In this document: positions 52,258-64,000 of the stretch, in pieces
Layout of the letters: every line of letters starts with the position of its first letter
Position numbering within the stretch: position 1 is the first letter of the stretch
Assembly (NCBI GenBank): GCA_964057225.1
Contig: OZ059897.1
Coordinates: 14,632,001 to 14,696,000, forward strand
Length of the DNA: 64,000 nucleotides
From: Auanema rhodensis
Lineage: Eukaryota; Animalia; Nematoda
Reading direction: 5' to 3'
Translations under genes and position numbers: made by a program
Notes under the pieces: generated by a model
What the model saw: only the letters and a program-made list of their open reading frames with translations
The model's database searches: none
What the model was told of the DNA's origin: nothing

Positions 52258-55200
52258 TTACACCACGCTTTCAATTCTGTATTTATCTTCGAGCTTATTT
52301 CTTATGTTAGTACAAATCATGTTTAGCGGGTTTGCTGTAGAGCTTTCCATTTCTAGAGCATGACATAGTATTGCATATGCTGAAAATATTAAATTATATT
52401 GATTATACTTTTTAAAATATCTAACCTTGATGATTATATAATGCTTTTAAACCAATACCTGTAGCTGCAAGAGTACCAATACATACGGCTGCCTATAACT
52501 CATAATCAAATTTAGTTCAGTATTATATTTATTTATACTTTATAACGAATACGTCGGCAATAATCAGAATGAGTCATATCAGTAGCTGTCAACATTTCCA
52601 ATAAAACAGGAATTGCTCCTTGAGCTATCAAAGCTTCTTCATATCTTCTCGCAGCCAAACGAGAAAACGTAGTTACCATCTTAATTGAGTTATCATTTAC
52701 TTTCTTTTATCGCTGTAGACTAACCTGTTCTTGAACAAAAATCGTAGAACAGTTTTGTCTATTGAAAGCCTGTATCAATCTGCTGATCGCATTTTGTCTA
52801 CAAATAATAAGCTTAGCTATAACAACTTTAATGATTTTAAAAGAATATGAAATTGTTTCTTATATTTTTTATATTTCGAAATATGTATAAAAACATGACT
52901 TTTCTATTTGAACAATTTCACGTGAGCATATAATCTGATGGTATTTCGTTAGTTCATGCTCATAACATGGCTGTCTTTAGTAATAAATAGATAGAAAACG
53001 TTATCATGTTTGAATGTTGATATAGATTATAAAATTGAAATTTCAAAGAATGTAAAATAATAATTGGGGAAAAAAATCATTATTCAATGTAGATGAAAAT
53101 GATTAAAATTGTTGATAAATATTAATTTCTAACAAATAGTTAATTAAATATCTGTTTATTATATTAATTATAAACTCACTTGTAAAGCATATCAACTGAT
53201 CGTTGATCTTGAAGAGTAACATTTGCTAGAGCTGCTGATACAAGTAAAAGAGATTCTCCTGTTGAACAAAGATCAATAAGATCTAAAAATTATAAATAAA
53301 ACGTTAATAAACCAATAGGAATTACCTAATATTCTTGTGATTATGACGTCAACATTGTTCAGTTGAATAAATGAATGTTGAGGATTAGTTAGTTGGGTTA
53401 GAACACCTGAAGCTTCTATGGCACAAAGTGCAGACGATGAAGTTAGATGATGTAGTATTACATCTAAGCCACCAAGCTTTAAAATAATTATAATGAGGTT
53501 GATAGCTTATAGTTAAAAGTCATTTTCTTTGATTTATTCTAGATATCACATACCGATAACAGGGAAAGACATCCTTTCGACACACCACAAAGAACTGCCA
53601 TGGCTCTCAAAAGTAGTCGAGCTGTGTCCGAAGGGGTTCCAGGCAGTCGAATAATTCGCATAAGGCTTGATAAACCGCCAGACTAAAACAGAAAACTAAG
53701 AATATTAAATACATTTTAGTATTTTTTCTTTTTAAAATATTTCTTATAAACTTGCCTGAATTGTTTCCAAGCATAATTCATCTCCAAATAAAACAATATG
53801 AACAAGATGTTCTAAACTTATAACAAGTAAACGATCTTTGTTTCCACATTCACTAATGTATTTACAAATAATCTAAAAAATAATAAATTATAATTATTTC
53901 AAAAACAAACAAAAAAATATTAACCTTTGCAAATAACTGTAGTACTTGCTCAATCATTTTACGAACAACAATGTTAAAATAGTTTGTAGCTCCAATAGAT
54001 GTAGTCATGTCATCTGGTGGTGATTGTTGTAGCTCAGATATTTGTGCTTTTACAGAAGCAATATCCTGGAATAGTTCTTTAATTGATAACTTTAAGTATA
54101 GTTAGAGTTACCGTCTTAGGTAAGCAATGAGAACAAGGAGATGATTCTAGAATCTGAATCAGAACTGTAGATTTAGATGCTATTTCCATAGAATTTCGAT
54201 TTTCAATAGGATGAGCGAATAAGGAATAAATAGCAGATGATGTACGAAGAACATGATCCATTGTACCTAAACATACAGTTTTAATTTTATTTAAGATTTA
54301 AATTAAAACTTACTTGCCATCCTTGGATAACTTGGAATACAACGCTGTTGATATGATTTATATGTTGATATAATTGATTGATCCAAATTATCTTTCTCTT
54401 CTCTTGATGAAGAGAATGAAGTTAAAGCCAAATCACCTAATTTATTAAATAGTTTATATGGATACTATTAAGCTAGAACTAACCTGAACATTGACCTGAA
54501 TCAACACTTAAAGTACTATCTGAGTTCATACTTTTAGGAGAAGCTGGAGCAGGAGCACATTGTGAACGACCAGCAGAATCGAGTGATATTGCTTGATGGC
54601 TGAACATATCGATATGAACAACAAAATTCATGTTTTTCAAATTAAAACAACCAACCACAATTTTCGAGCTTGGCCGAAATCATCTGAGTTAACAGCTACC
54701 GTATTACGAACAACATTGGGACGACGTCCAACAACTTTTGAATTGCCTCCCTTTTCTACTCGAACGGTTAACTAAAATACAAAAAAATATCCTTAATAGT
54801 TATATCTATCTGTATAACTAACTTGTTCATAAGTTGGTAGATTAGGTTTTCGAGGGACATGGCTTGTTGAGGATGACATAGATGACCTCAATTGCGGTGT
54901 GTTGTTTTGAAGGTTTTGAAAACGAAGTCCCGGTGGAGTCCAAGATGATGACTAAATATGAATCGAATATTTTATTATAAACAAACATTTCAATATTTTA
55001 TTGGATAACTTTATTTTCAAGTTATTATAATATCTAAATAGATGTGTAAATCGAGTTTTTAAGTTATAACCTTTGTAAACTAAATTTATTGTCAAAATAA
55101 AACTAAACAAAATTAAACAAATGTTATCCATTTAATTTTGTTTGTAAATAAGATAAAAAACAATTGTTAAGAAATCGGCTAATTGTTCATCAAAAAAACA

Positions 55201-58200
55201 AATTCAAATCTTTGAAATAGGGAAAGTTTATTAAATAAAATTATAAATAACATACATTAAATGAACGATCTGATGTATTTAAAGCCAGAGAAGATTGTGT
55301 TTGATTAGCTATAATTATGAAATAAATTATTATTTTTATAATATTTAATATATTTCAACTTATTTTTATCTTATTTAAATTCTATTGATAAAATATTATA
55401 TATACATATATCTATTTTAAAATGTTAAAATTGAAAGATAAAACGTTCTTAGATTTTCCCCAGAGATATAAATGTTTTTAAGAATTTTTACTTGTCTATT
55501 TCGGTCAGTACAGCATCAACTTAACTAAAGTTATGTTCAATTTTCGCCAATATAAGTATACCCTAAGGATTTGAATTTAAATTGTATTGAAATTGGTACA
55601 ATTCAAACGTTTCATATCACACTATGGTCATTTTTTCAAAATTACATGGTATTAAACATCTTCTTGAAGTAAAATGACTTATTCATCTATTCGAGTTTTT
55701 GAGAAAAAAAAAGAAAGAAAAGTACAAACTTTGTCTCAAATTATCTATTGAAGCATATGCAGACTCTCCAAACTTGCAAGATTCAATCAAGTCAAGTGTA
55801 GAATAGGTAACAGGCCTCTTATCTTAAACAACATGATACATAAGCGTTTTACTTTTTTTTTTGCTTTTTAAAGGTAAAAAGTTACAAACCTGCGACTTCA
55901 TTTTTGAAGTTTTCAACTCTGGCAACTCTTCGTTGCGGCTTAGGTGGAGGAGCACAAGGAACTGATGTAGATTCAGATTGGCTTCTATAAACAGTGTTTT
56001 TAAAAAAATTTCAAATAAAAACGATAAACTGCTAAATATATTCTAACTTTAATTTTATTGTTATTACTCAAAACAAGTTTCAGATTGAAATATACAAGTA
56101 TATACCTTTTCATGAAAAAACGTTGTCTTTCCATATTATAGATCTAATATTCATATGATGTTAAACAGGATTATATATTAGAAAGAAGTTTTAATTGAAG
56201 AAAAATATATAAAAGATGAATAGAAATATAGAATATAAGGTGTCGAGATTAGAAGAAAGTGAGGGGGAAAGATATGAAGAGAGAGAGAGAGACTACCTCA
56301 AGTACCGTTCAACCTCTAATAGAATATAGTATTACCATAATATGTATATTTACATATTCAAGAACAATAAAGAAATAAGATTTATATGAAACGAACAAGT
56401 TACTTATACATAGTTCTTTGAAGAATGTTTTCGTTTTCATAAAGTTGCAGGAATAGATGAAACTTCAAAATGTTTCCAAACAAACGAGTTCGAACATAAG
56501 AGATCAGTCAAATTCTTCTTAAATTGCTATTTTTCTTAGAATTTTTCTGTCGATTTCATCGATTCTTGCTCATAGTAGAAGACATAAAAAAGGTCAAAAA
56601 GGTCAAAGAGCTAAAAGAAATATAAATAATGATACATATTTATATTTATAAATATTTTATTTATATGTTACTGTATATATAAATAAATATAAATATATTT
56701 TAAAAATTAGAAATGGTAAAGACTATTTTGGATAATGGAAGACAACTGAATGAAAGCGGTGATATCCAAAGAAAAGTTGAAGAGCTAAAGCTAAAAGTTG
56801 ATTAATGTATTTGTTCATTAGCCGTTCCAATCTATTACAACATTTTTCAGTTAAGCTATTCGTCTCTCAATCAATGTTGAAAACAAAAAAAATTTTAATA
56901 TAAAAGAGATTTCAAATAGAAATTGAATTGATTAGTTATCAGGTTATGTAAGAAAGACAGCTAAAAATCTGTGATTTTGACTAACGATAAAGCTTGGATA
57001 AGAACAGAAGAACTAAAATAATAGTGAAAGAGTGGGATCTAAAGACTTATTATTCGTATTTTCAACTAATTATATTGAAAACTACAATAGTAAGATATAG
57101 GAAGAAAAGTTATCAAACTAGGCAAAACAGCATCGTTTCATATGTTTACGAACAGAAAGTTTTTAAAAAGTTCATTAATAAATGCGAGAAAATTTGATAA
57201 AAATTTAGTGAAACGAAAGGATATATGGCTGTTTAGCAGTTTAAAAGTGGAAAGTTTAAACGAAAAGCTTATTTTTTAGCTAATGTTCTAATCTCATTGA
57301 ATAAGTTAACATGCATAAGCGCAACTTAAACGAATAACTATAAGAAGAAAAAAAAGTTCGAGGGACTAAAAAGAAAAAAGAAGAAGGAAGAATTTTGGAA
57401 AAGAAGGAGAAGATGAGAAGAAGAAGAAGAAGAAGGAGGAGGAGAAGCAGGAGAAGAACGACATATTATTTGACTATCGCTATATATGGATAACATTCTT
57501 GAAGAAATTAAAGAAATGCATTTTTCTGTCAATCAAAACTATCAATTAAACGAAATATTGATAGTCAAGATTAATTCAAAACTTTAAACATATCACTATT
57601 GAGAAATTTGACAAATTTACAATAGAAAAAAAACTTCTGAAGACATATAGATGAGGATGTAATGACATCAACTTCTCTTGTTTCATTATTCATCTAACAT
57701 TTAAGCTTGATTTAGCGGAAGCTTGAATGTATTATGAAATTGAATAATGTCTTTCATTCACTATATATCGTTCAGACATGAATTTCATAAATTACAATAG
57801 AAAGAACATAACTTCTTGTCTCATTCAACCACTTTTTTAAGTGGATAGACCTTATGAATAATATGAGATTTCAATAGATAAAATAAGCAAAACTGGCATA
57901 TTCTCATAAAAATCTATTAGAATCTCATATTTTTGATAAAAAAATATATAAAAACACAGTTTAGAAAGAAATTATTAAACGAAATATATTAATAAAGTGA
58001 TGCTTACCTCAAACGAATTGATCCGGATGACGGTTTTCTTTTTGCTGCTTTAGCTAAGAGATCCAAATCTCTCTGATTGAACTGTCTACTGATCGTAGAC
58101 ATTTTATGTTCATAATCCATGGAAGGTGATGCTTGTTCATTGGAATCAACTAGAAGTGATTTAGCATATAATATAGATTGACATTCGTGTTCCGTTGCTA

Positions 58201-58413
58201 ATGATAATTCCGATAGCCATTGTTGATGGCAAATATCCACATTTTCTTTATTGAACACATCAATTTCAACCTAAAAATACAGCATAAAGCATGATTTAGA
58301 AGCTTAAATAATACTAATATTACCTCTTCAACGTCTTTACTTGTTGATCGTCTATCTTCTAAATAATCAGCACTTTCTAGAGAATCCCAATAACGAGCTA
58401 ATGCAAATGGCAT
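52258..58413 (-). CDS. insc-1: Inscuteable homolog (LGN/Pins-binding motif, ARM-like repeats, C-terminal PDZ-binding motif)
   Basis: QQWLSELSLATEHECQSILYAKSL matches the Insc LGN-binding segment. Also EASGVLTQLTNP, GESLLLVSAALANVT, FVQEQMVT, and the C-terminus IESVV*. Confidence 0.85.
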
Positions 58414-61206
58414 TTTCTTTATTACTTTAGTTCATTATTTGTTTTTAGGTTAAATATTCTGAAAAATAATAGATTATAATAGCAAATATTTAGTAAAAAC
58501 AATAAAATTAAACTCAGCAGCAATATTAATTATATACGAAAATTAACAAAAAAACTAACGATTTCACGTATAAAACGTGAAAAATTTACTAAAAATAATG
58601 CTAATGATATCATTGAAATTATTTTAACTGATAAAATCAATTTTATAATCAAAAAATAATATTATTAATCGTCTATTTACTTTTTTACGTTTTTAAACAA
58701 ACAAATATTTTATTGAAGAAATAGAAAAAGAGAAGATAAATATAATATATAAGTAAAGATAAAATAAATTATTTTAAATATATTTTCAATATGATAAATG
58801 ATTCCTAATTAGGGAATTGTTGAAAATTTAATGATCTTTTCAAGAATTTCTATTTGTCAAGATTTGACAGGAGGGTTTGATTTAGGCGCAATTAAAGATT
58901 AAGAATAATACAAACAAATAGTTTTTTTTTGTAAAACAATCAAATCTTTTATTTTTTAAAAAATAAATTGAATTAGAATAAATTTAATAAACGTGTTAGA
59001 TGATGAGAGATGTGGTGTTAGCTAAATTTTTTTAGAATAATATAACGATATAATAAATTAAAATATTTATATATTATTTAAAAATAAAATAATATATATA
59101 AGATATATGTATGTCAAATATATTAGTAAATAAACAATAAATAACTTACTTTAATCAACTAACTAATATGTATATGTATTATAGTTAGTAGATAAAGATA
59201 CAAAAATCAATAATTGCGCTTCAATTTAAAATTTAAAATATTTAGATGTTGAAAAGAGAATAAACTAAATTTATCAATTAACAAAAAGTATATGGATAGA
59301 TTTTACAATAAGCTGTTAAATGAGAAAATAGTATAATTCATTCAATAGTTTATAATTTTTACTGTTAATAAAAATAATTTTAATTGAAAATATCAAATGA
59401 TGATATAAACGAAAAAAGGGAGAAGATTAATTAGCAATAGTAATATAACTGAACATGAAAAGCTTGAATTGGAAAGAAATCAATTGAAGATTTCATGGTT
59501 TCAACGATATTTAGCACATTCATCACACGTAAATGAATGAGGAACTTCCTGCATCTAAATAGATAATTCAAAAGTGATTTGAGTTGACAATGAAATTTTA
59601 AACAATAAGGAAAAGGTGAGAAATGCTATCAAATAGATCCAATTGTGAGGAATAGTATGTAAAGAATATGAAGAAAGATATGTTTGAGAGAAGAAAGAAA
59701 AGGAGAGATTCTAATTAATGAACAACCTGGTGTGGGTCTCAGGAATCACATCTTTCTTTCATCCATCATTTGAGACCTCGATCGACAAAACACCTCCACA
59801 AGCTGTTGAAAAAAAAGAAAAGAAAAAGAAAAGAAAAAGAGAAGAAGAAGACGAAATAGCCGTGGAAAAGTTCGAATAGAGCCATGTGCCAATTTAATGT
59901 TTGGGAAAGGATGAGAAAGTTTTAAAAACTCATAATTCATATTGAATACAAAGCTAGTTAGTGATCCAAAAAAAATGAATTAAAGCTTTAAAGAATCAAA
60001 TGAAGTAGATATAACAACATATTCTTAAGATATATATTCATTCAAATAAAGTTTTCAATAAATGGCGTAGATAAGCTGATCAGTTGTTATTGCTTTTGCG
60101 GTTTTACTTGAACAATTCTTTGGCAACTGACCTGGTTGACCTGTTGTCAACTAGTTGTAATATCATATTAAAGATAATTGATATTACACATAAAAGATAT
60201 TTCTTTGTATAGTATATAATATTCATTTTTATTAATAAAATCTTATTTTTCTATTTTGTTTTTTTGAACAATAAAAACTGAAAGTTGATCTCTTAGAGTA
60301 AAATTATCTGATGTGTATCAGCAATAAATAAAAATTTTTTTTGTGTAGGAATAGCAAAGATTTACGTTTCACAATATAAATTGTCTAAATACTAATTAAA
60401 AATATTAAATATTTATTATAATAAATTAGATATTTTATATAAAATATATAATTAATAATCATTTTTTTAAATTTTAATTATATAATTAATTTTAATAATT
60501 AAAAAATTAATTAAAGAATGAACATACATTTATACATAAAAGTATAAATATAATATTTAAAATAATTAAATTAAAATATTTTTCTTCTATAAAGAATAAG
60601 AATGTACGAATTCCAAGCAATTAGGTTAAGTTTATTATTATGAACAATTAGTAGCTGAAGTAAAATTTAAAGTTTGGTGGCTTCTTTTTTCTTAAACAAC
60701 AATAATGATGCAAACAGACATTCCATAGCATTTTATATCTCTTTTTTTTCAAATTTTAACTAAAATATAAAAATATGTTTTCAAATAAAATATGAAAACG
60801 TCTTATTTATATAATATATACTATATTATATTGGTTAAAAAGATTAATAGAAAGTGAGAATTTGATTAATTGGATATTGTAATCAAAATAATCAAAATAT
60901 AAAGTTTAAGTTTCATTATTGAAGAAATAAAAATAATTATTTAGTTTCATAGCTAACTGATATTTTTGCAGTTTTCATCATTTATCTTCATTTATCTTAT
61001 TAAATCTTCTCTTTTTTTTCAAAACGAATTTTGATTTGAAAAAAAAAACTTTTTTTTTTATACTTTTCGATTGATATCAAATATAAATTTACTAAAGAAT
61101 ATTATTATAAAATAAAAAATAAATAGTATAAATACATTCAAATACAGATAATCAACAAAACAGTTCAGATTGCATTGTGATATATGGTCTTAGAATGATT
61201 AATTAT

Positions 61207-62592
61207 TTAATTTCTTTTACTCGAAGGGTGAGACGTGGTAGATTTTCTCAATAATATTTTAGGGATTTGAGAGGAAGTTTTCACGGTTGATACTGAAGCT
61301 TTCGGTGTTTGCAACGATGTTTTTGGGGTCTGGGGAGAGGTTTTGGTCGCTTGAGGTAAAGGTTTTTGCGTTTGATGTAAAACTTTAAGGGTTTGGGGTA
61401 TCACTTTGGTTTCGGATGTAGATGAAGCTGCTCTAAACTTTTTGAATGTGGGCTTTTGATGGCTACGATTGAATGACTTTCCTGGGGCGACAGGTGAGCT
61501 AACTGGGGATCGACCAAACCCTTCATTACGAGTCTTTGTTGTAGTTAATGTTGTTGATGCTGATGAAGATGATGCTGATGATGATGAGATACGTGTAATA
61601 GAGCTGGAAGCAGTGGCAGGATGATCTGATGAGATGACGTCGGCCGTTGTTGAAGTGGAGGCGGTGGAATCGGAGGAATTTGTTGGAGAGGGATTCTTTC
61701 TAGTTAAGTCGTACACAATTGTCAGCATCTTTGATTCACGTTTCTCTAGTTCTGAGATACGACGCTATAATCAGATATTGGAATAAGAATCATAAGAATC
61801 AGAATTTTACCTGAAGTTCCAATACATCAGCAGGGCTAAGATATTTAGAAGCTTCTCTGATCATACTATCTTTAAGAGCAGATGTAATTTTTTCATAATC
61901 ACCATCATAACGACGAACACTTCGTTGATAACTTCCACGCTAAAATACAAAGAACAATACTGATCATGTTTCTTTGGATATCATATGAAACATACAATTT
62001 TGTAGTAAACATTGCTCAAAGCTTGGAATGGAAGTGGGAAGTTATCAATCATTGTAGCCAAATTTTTCTGAATTGAAATGAAATTTAGAAAAATTGTGAA
62101 TGAAAGAAAATGAGAGAGAGGAGAAAGGTTAAACTAATTATAAAATAAGAAAATATACCTGGAACACACCAATCCATCTAACAACTTGATTAATAATACG
62201 CATGACTCTTACAAATTCATCCCATCCACTTCGTCTTTGTATTCTTACATCATGAAATATCTGAAATTATGGGGGATTTTAAAAAATATTTCATTTAGCT
62301 TGTATTCACCTCATTTTCAGTTTTTTCTAACTCAGCTCTATCACGAGCTAAATCAACAGTATCGGCAATCTATAAAATGTCTTATAGTATATAATATTTT
62401 TTTAAATGAATAATACGTTTTTATGACAAAAAAAAAAGTTGAAAAACATACTCGTTGAAGTACTTTATCAGAAACAACATGTCGAAGCCCCTCACGTTCC
62501 AAAATTCTATGATAAACACTCAATGGAACGGAGCAGTTAATAACATGGGCCAGTGATAGAAAGCCGATAGATATAATCAAAAATTGATTCAT
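61207..62592 (-). CDS. Uncharacterised secreted protein with a helical N-terminal part and a Ser/Thr/Pro/Lys-rich tail, 5 exons
   Basis: Signal peptide MNQFLIISIGFLSLAHVINC. In-frame GT-AG exons lead into the 61207-61728 ORF. Confidence 0.75.
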
Positions 62593-64000
62593 CAAGAAAA
62601 TATATTTGATGAAAAATTGAAAATAAAACTTCTTCCTAAAAAAAGATTTGTATATCTTAAAGAAGTATACAAAGTAAAGAATAAGAATGATAAAAGAGTA
62701 TTTAATGTATATAATGAATCAAAGAAGGAGGAGATGCGATATATGTTGCAGTTCCTGAATCATTAGAGAGGAGATGAAGGAAAAATACAAAAAACTGGTA
62801 TTCAGATACTTCATCAAGCTTTTGCAGTAATAAACGCTCGGGTCAGAAGATCTTCATCAGTTTCTTGATGTTGTTCATATTAGTGTCTAGTGGTAATGGA
62901 CGTTGTTGTCAGACGCATAGTTAGATAAGAAGGATACAACATCTAATAGTTGTTGTCTACAATGTGGATGAGACCGGAGATGTAAGTAACTGCTCTTATG
63001 ATAACTTAAAGCAATAAATCTTATTCTGTCTATATCAATAAATTAATTGGACAAGAGTTTTGATGTCTATAAGGTATTGAACATTTCAAAAATTAGTTGA
63101 TGAATACATATAACATCATGTTCTAAGTTATGCCAAGATCAAAAGGATTACGAAATGCTGCTCGACTTATATTCGCAAGTTTGTAGATTCTTATCTGCCT
63201 TAATACTTGTCATTTACGTTGAAGCTTAAAACATTAAGACCACCCATACATACTTATCTCAACATCTTTTAAGATATTTCTCATCTCTTCTTTCTTCCTT
63301 TCTGTTCTTACCGATGTTTATAACGGTCATTACCATCTGGTTCCATCATTAGATACATGCATCATCATCTGTATGTACATATATGTCTGCCAGCATATAG
63401 CCTTATTCAATTAGTTGTAAGTAACATCAACTATAACTTGGATACATTAATGATAATTATAAATTTATTAATAGAATAAATATTATAGTTTATTAACTAT
63501 ATGTATGTTTCATAGTTTTTTAAAAATAAAATGGTTCATAGATATTATGATATTAATGACATTAACAAGTTGTCGAATACAATAAGTTATGCCGTTAATT
63601 TGATTTATGAAGATATTAATTAATGTTAAAACATTGGATATATGTATGTTGAACATGTAATTCATTGTACATATCGTTTTAAAAATAAACAAAAACGATA
63701 ACGATTTCCTGTTAATGTATAATGAATATCAATATAAATTAGTTGGATATTAGATGTTCTATATTATAAATTAAATATTATAAGATTTTATTTAATAATA
63801 ATAATACATTTAAGAGAAATAAAGATTAATAATTAGAGGTAATTGAATGGTATATATGTTTGTATGTATGTATATGTAAATCTACATACCATTATATTAA
63901 GATTAAAATATATTCCAAAATTATAAGAATATTTTTACAAGAAACAAACATACTTTTACATTATTCGTTAATATACAAGACAAATATAATAAAGCAAGAA

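Noticed and set aside
1-64000. rRNA, tRNA, telomeric arrays or DNA-elimination motifs
   Set aside because: None recognised by eye; a covariance-model scan would be needed to exclude small RNA genes.

Overview
AT-rich eukaryotic genomic DNA, almost certainly from a nematode: short ~40-50 nt introns, TTTTCAG-type acceptors just before start codons (trans-splice-like), and serpentine chemoreceptors. The species cannot be determined. Gene models were spliced by eye. Host genes: 5' end of a cuticlin-like gene, a GPI-anchored secreted protein, a 4-TM MARVEL-like protein, a divergent Cdc42/Rho-like protein with degenerate G1/G3 motifs, four 7TM chemoreceptors, apn-1, a USP47-like deubiquitinase, msra-1, inscuteable and an orphan secreted Ser/Thr-rich protein. 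The most unusual region is 11.6-23.0 kb. There a ~1.34 kb near-identical direct repeat carrying the 3' half of the Rho-like gene brackets an 8.7 kb block of Maverick/Polinton debris (integrase-chromodomain, major capsid protein, pPolB) plus a Merlin transposase fragment. Inside that block is a 3.5 kb non-autonomous element with Maverick-type ends (5'-AGTAG...CTACT-3', 91-bp TIRs, 6-bp TSD with one mismatch) whose only recognisable content is an intact, 7-exon Srh-type chemoreceptor gene. A 226-bp MITE with the same end signature and a 6-bp TSD lies at 27.9 kb, suggesting a set of miniature, gene-capturing Maverick derivatives.
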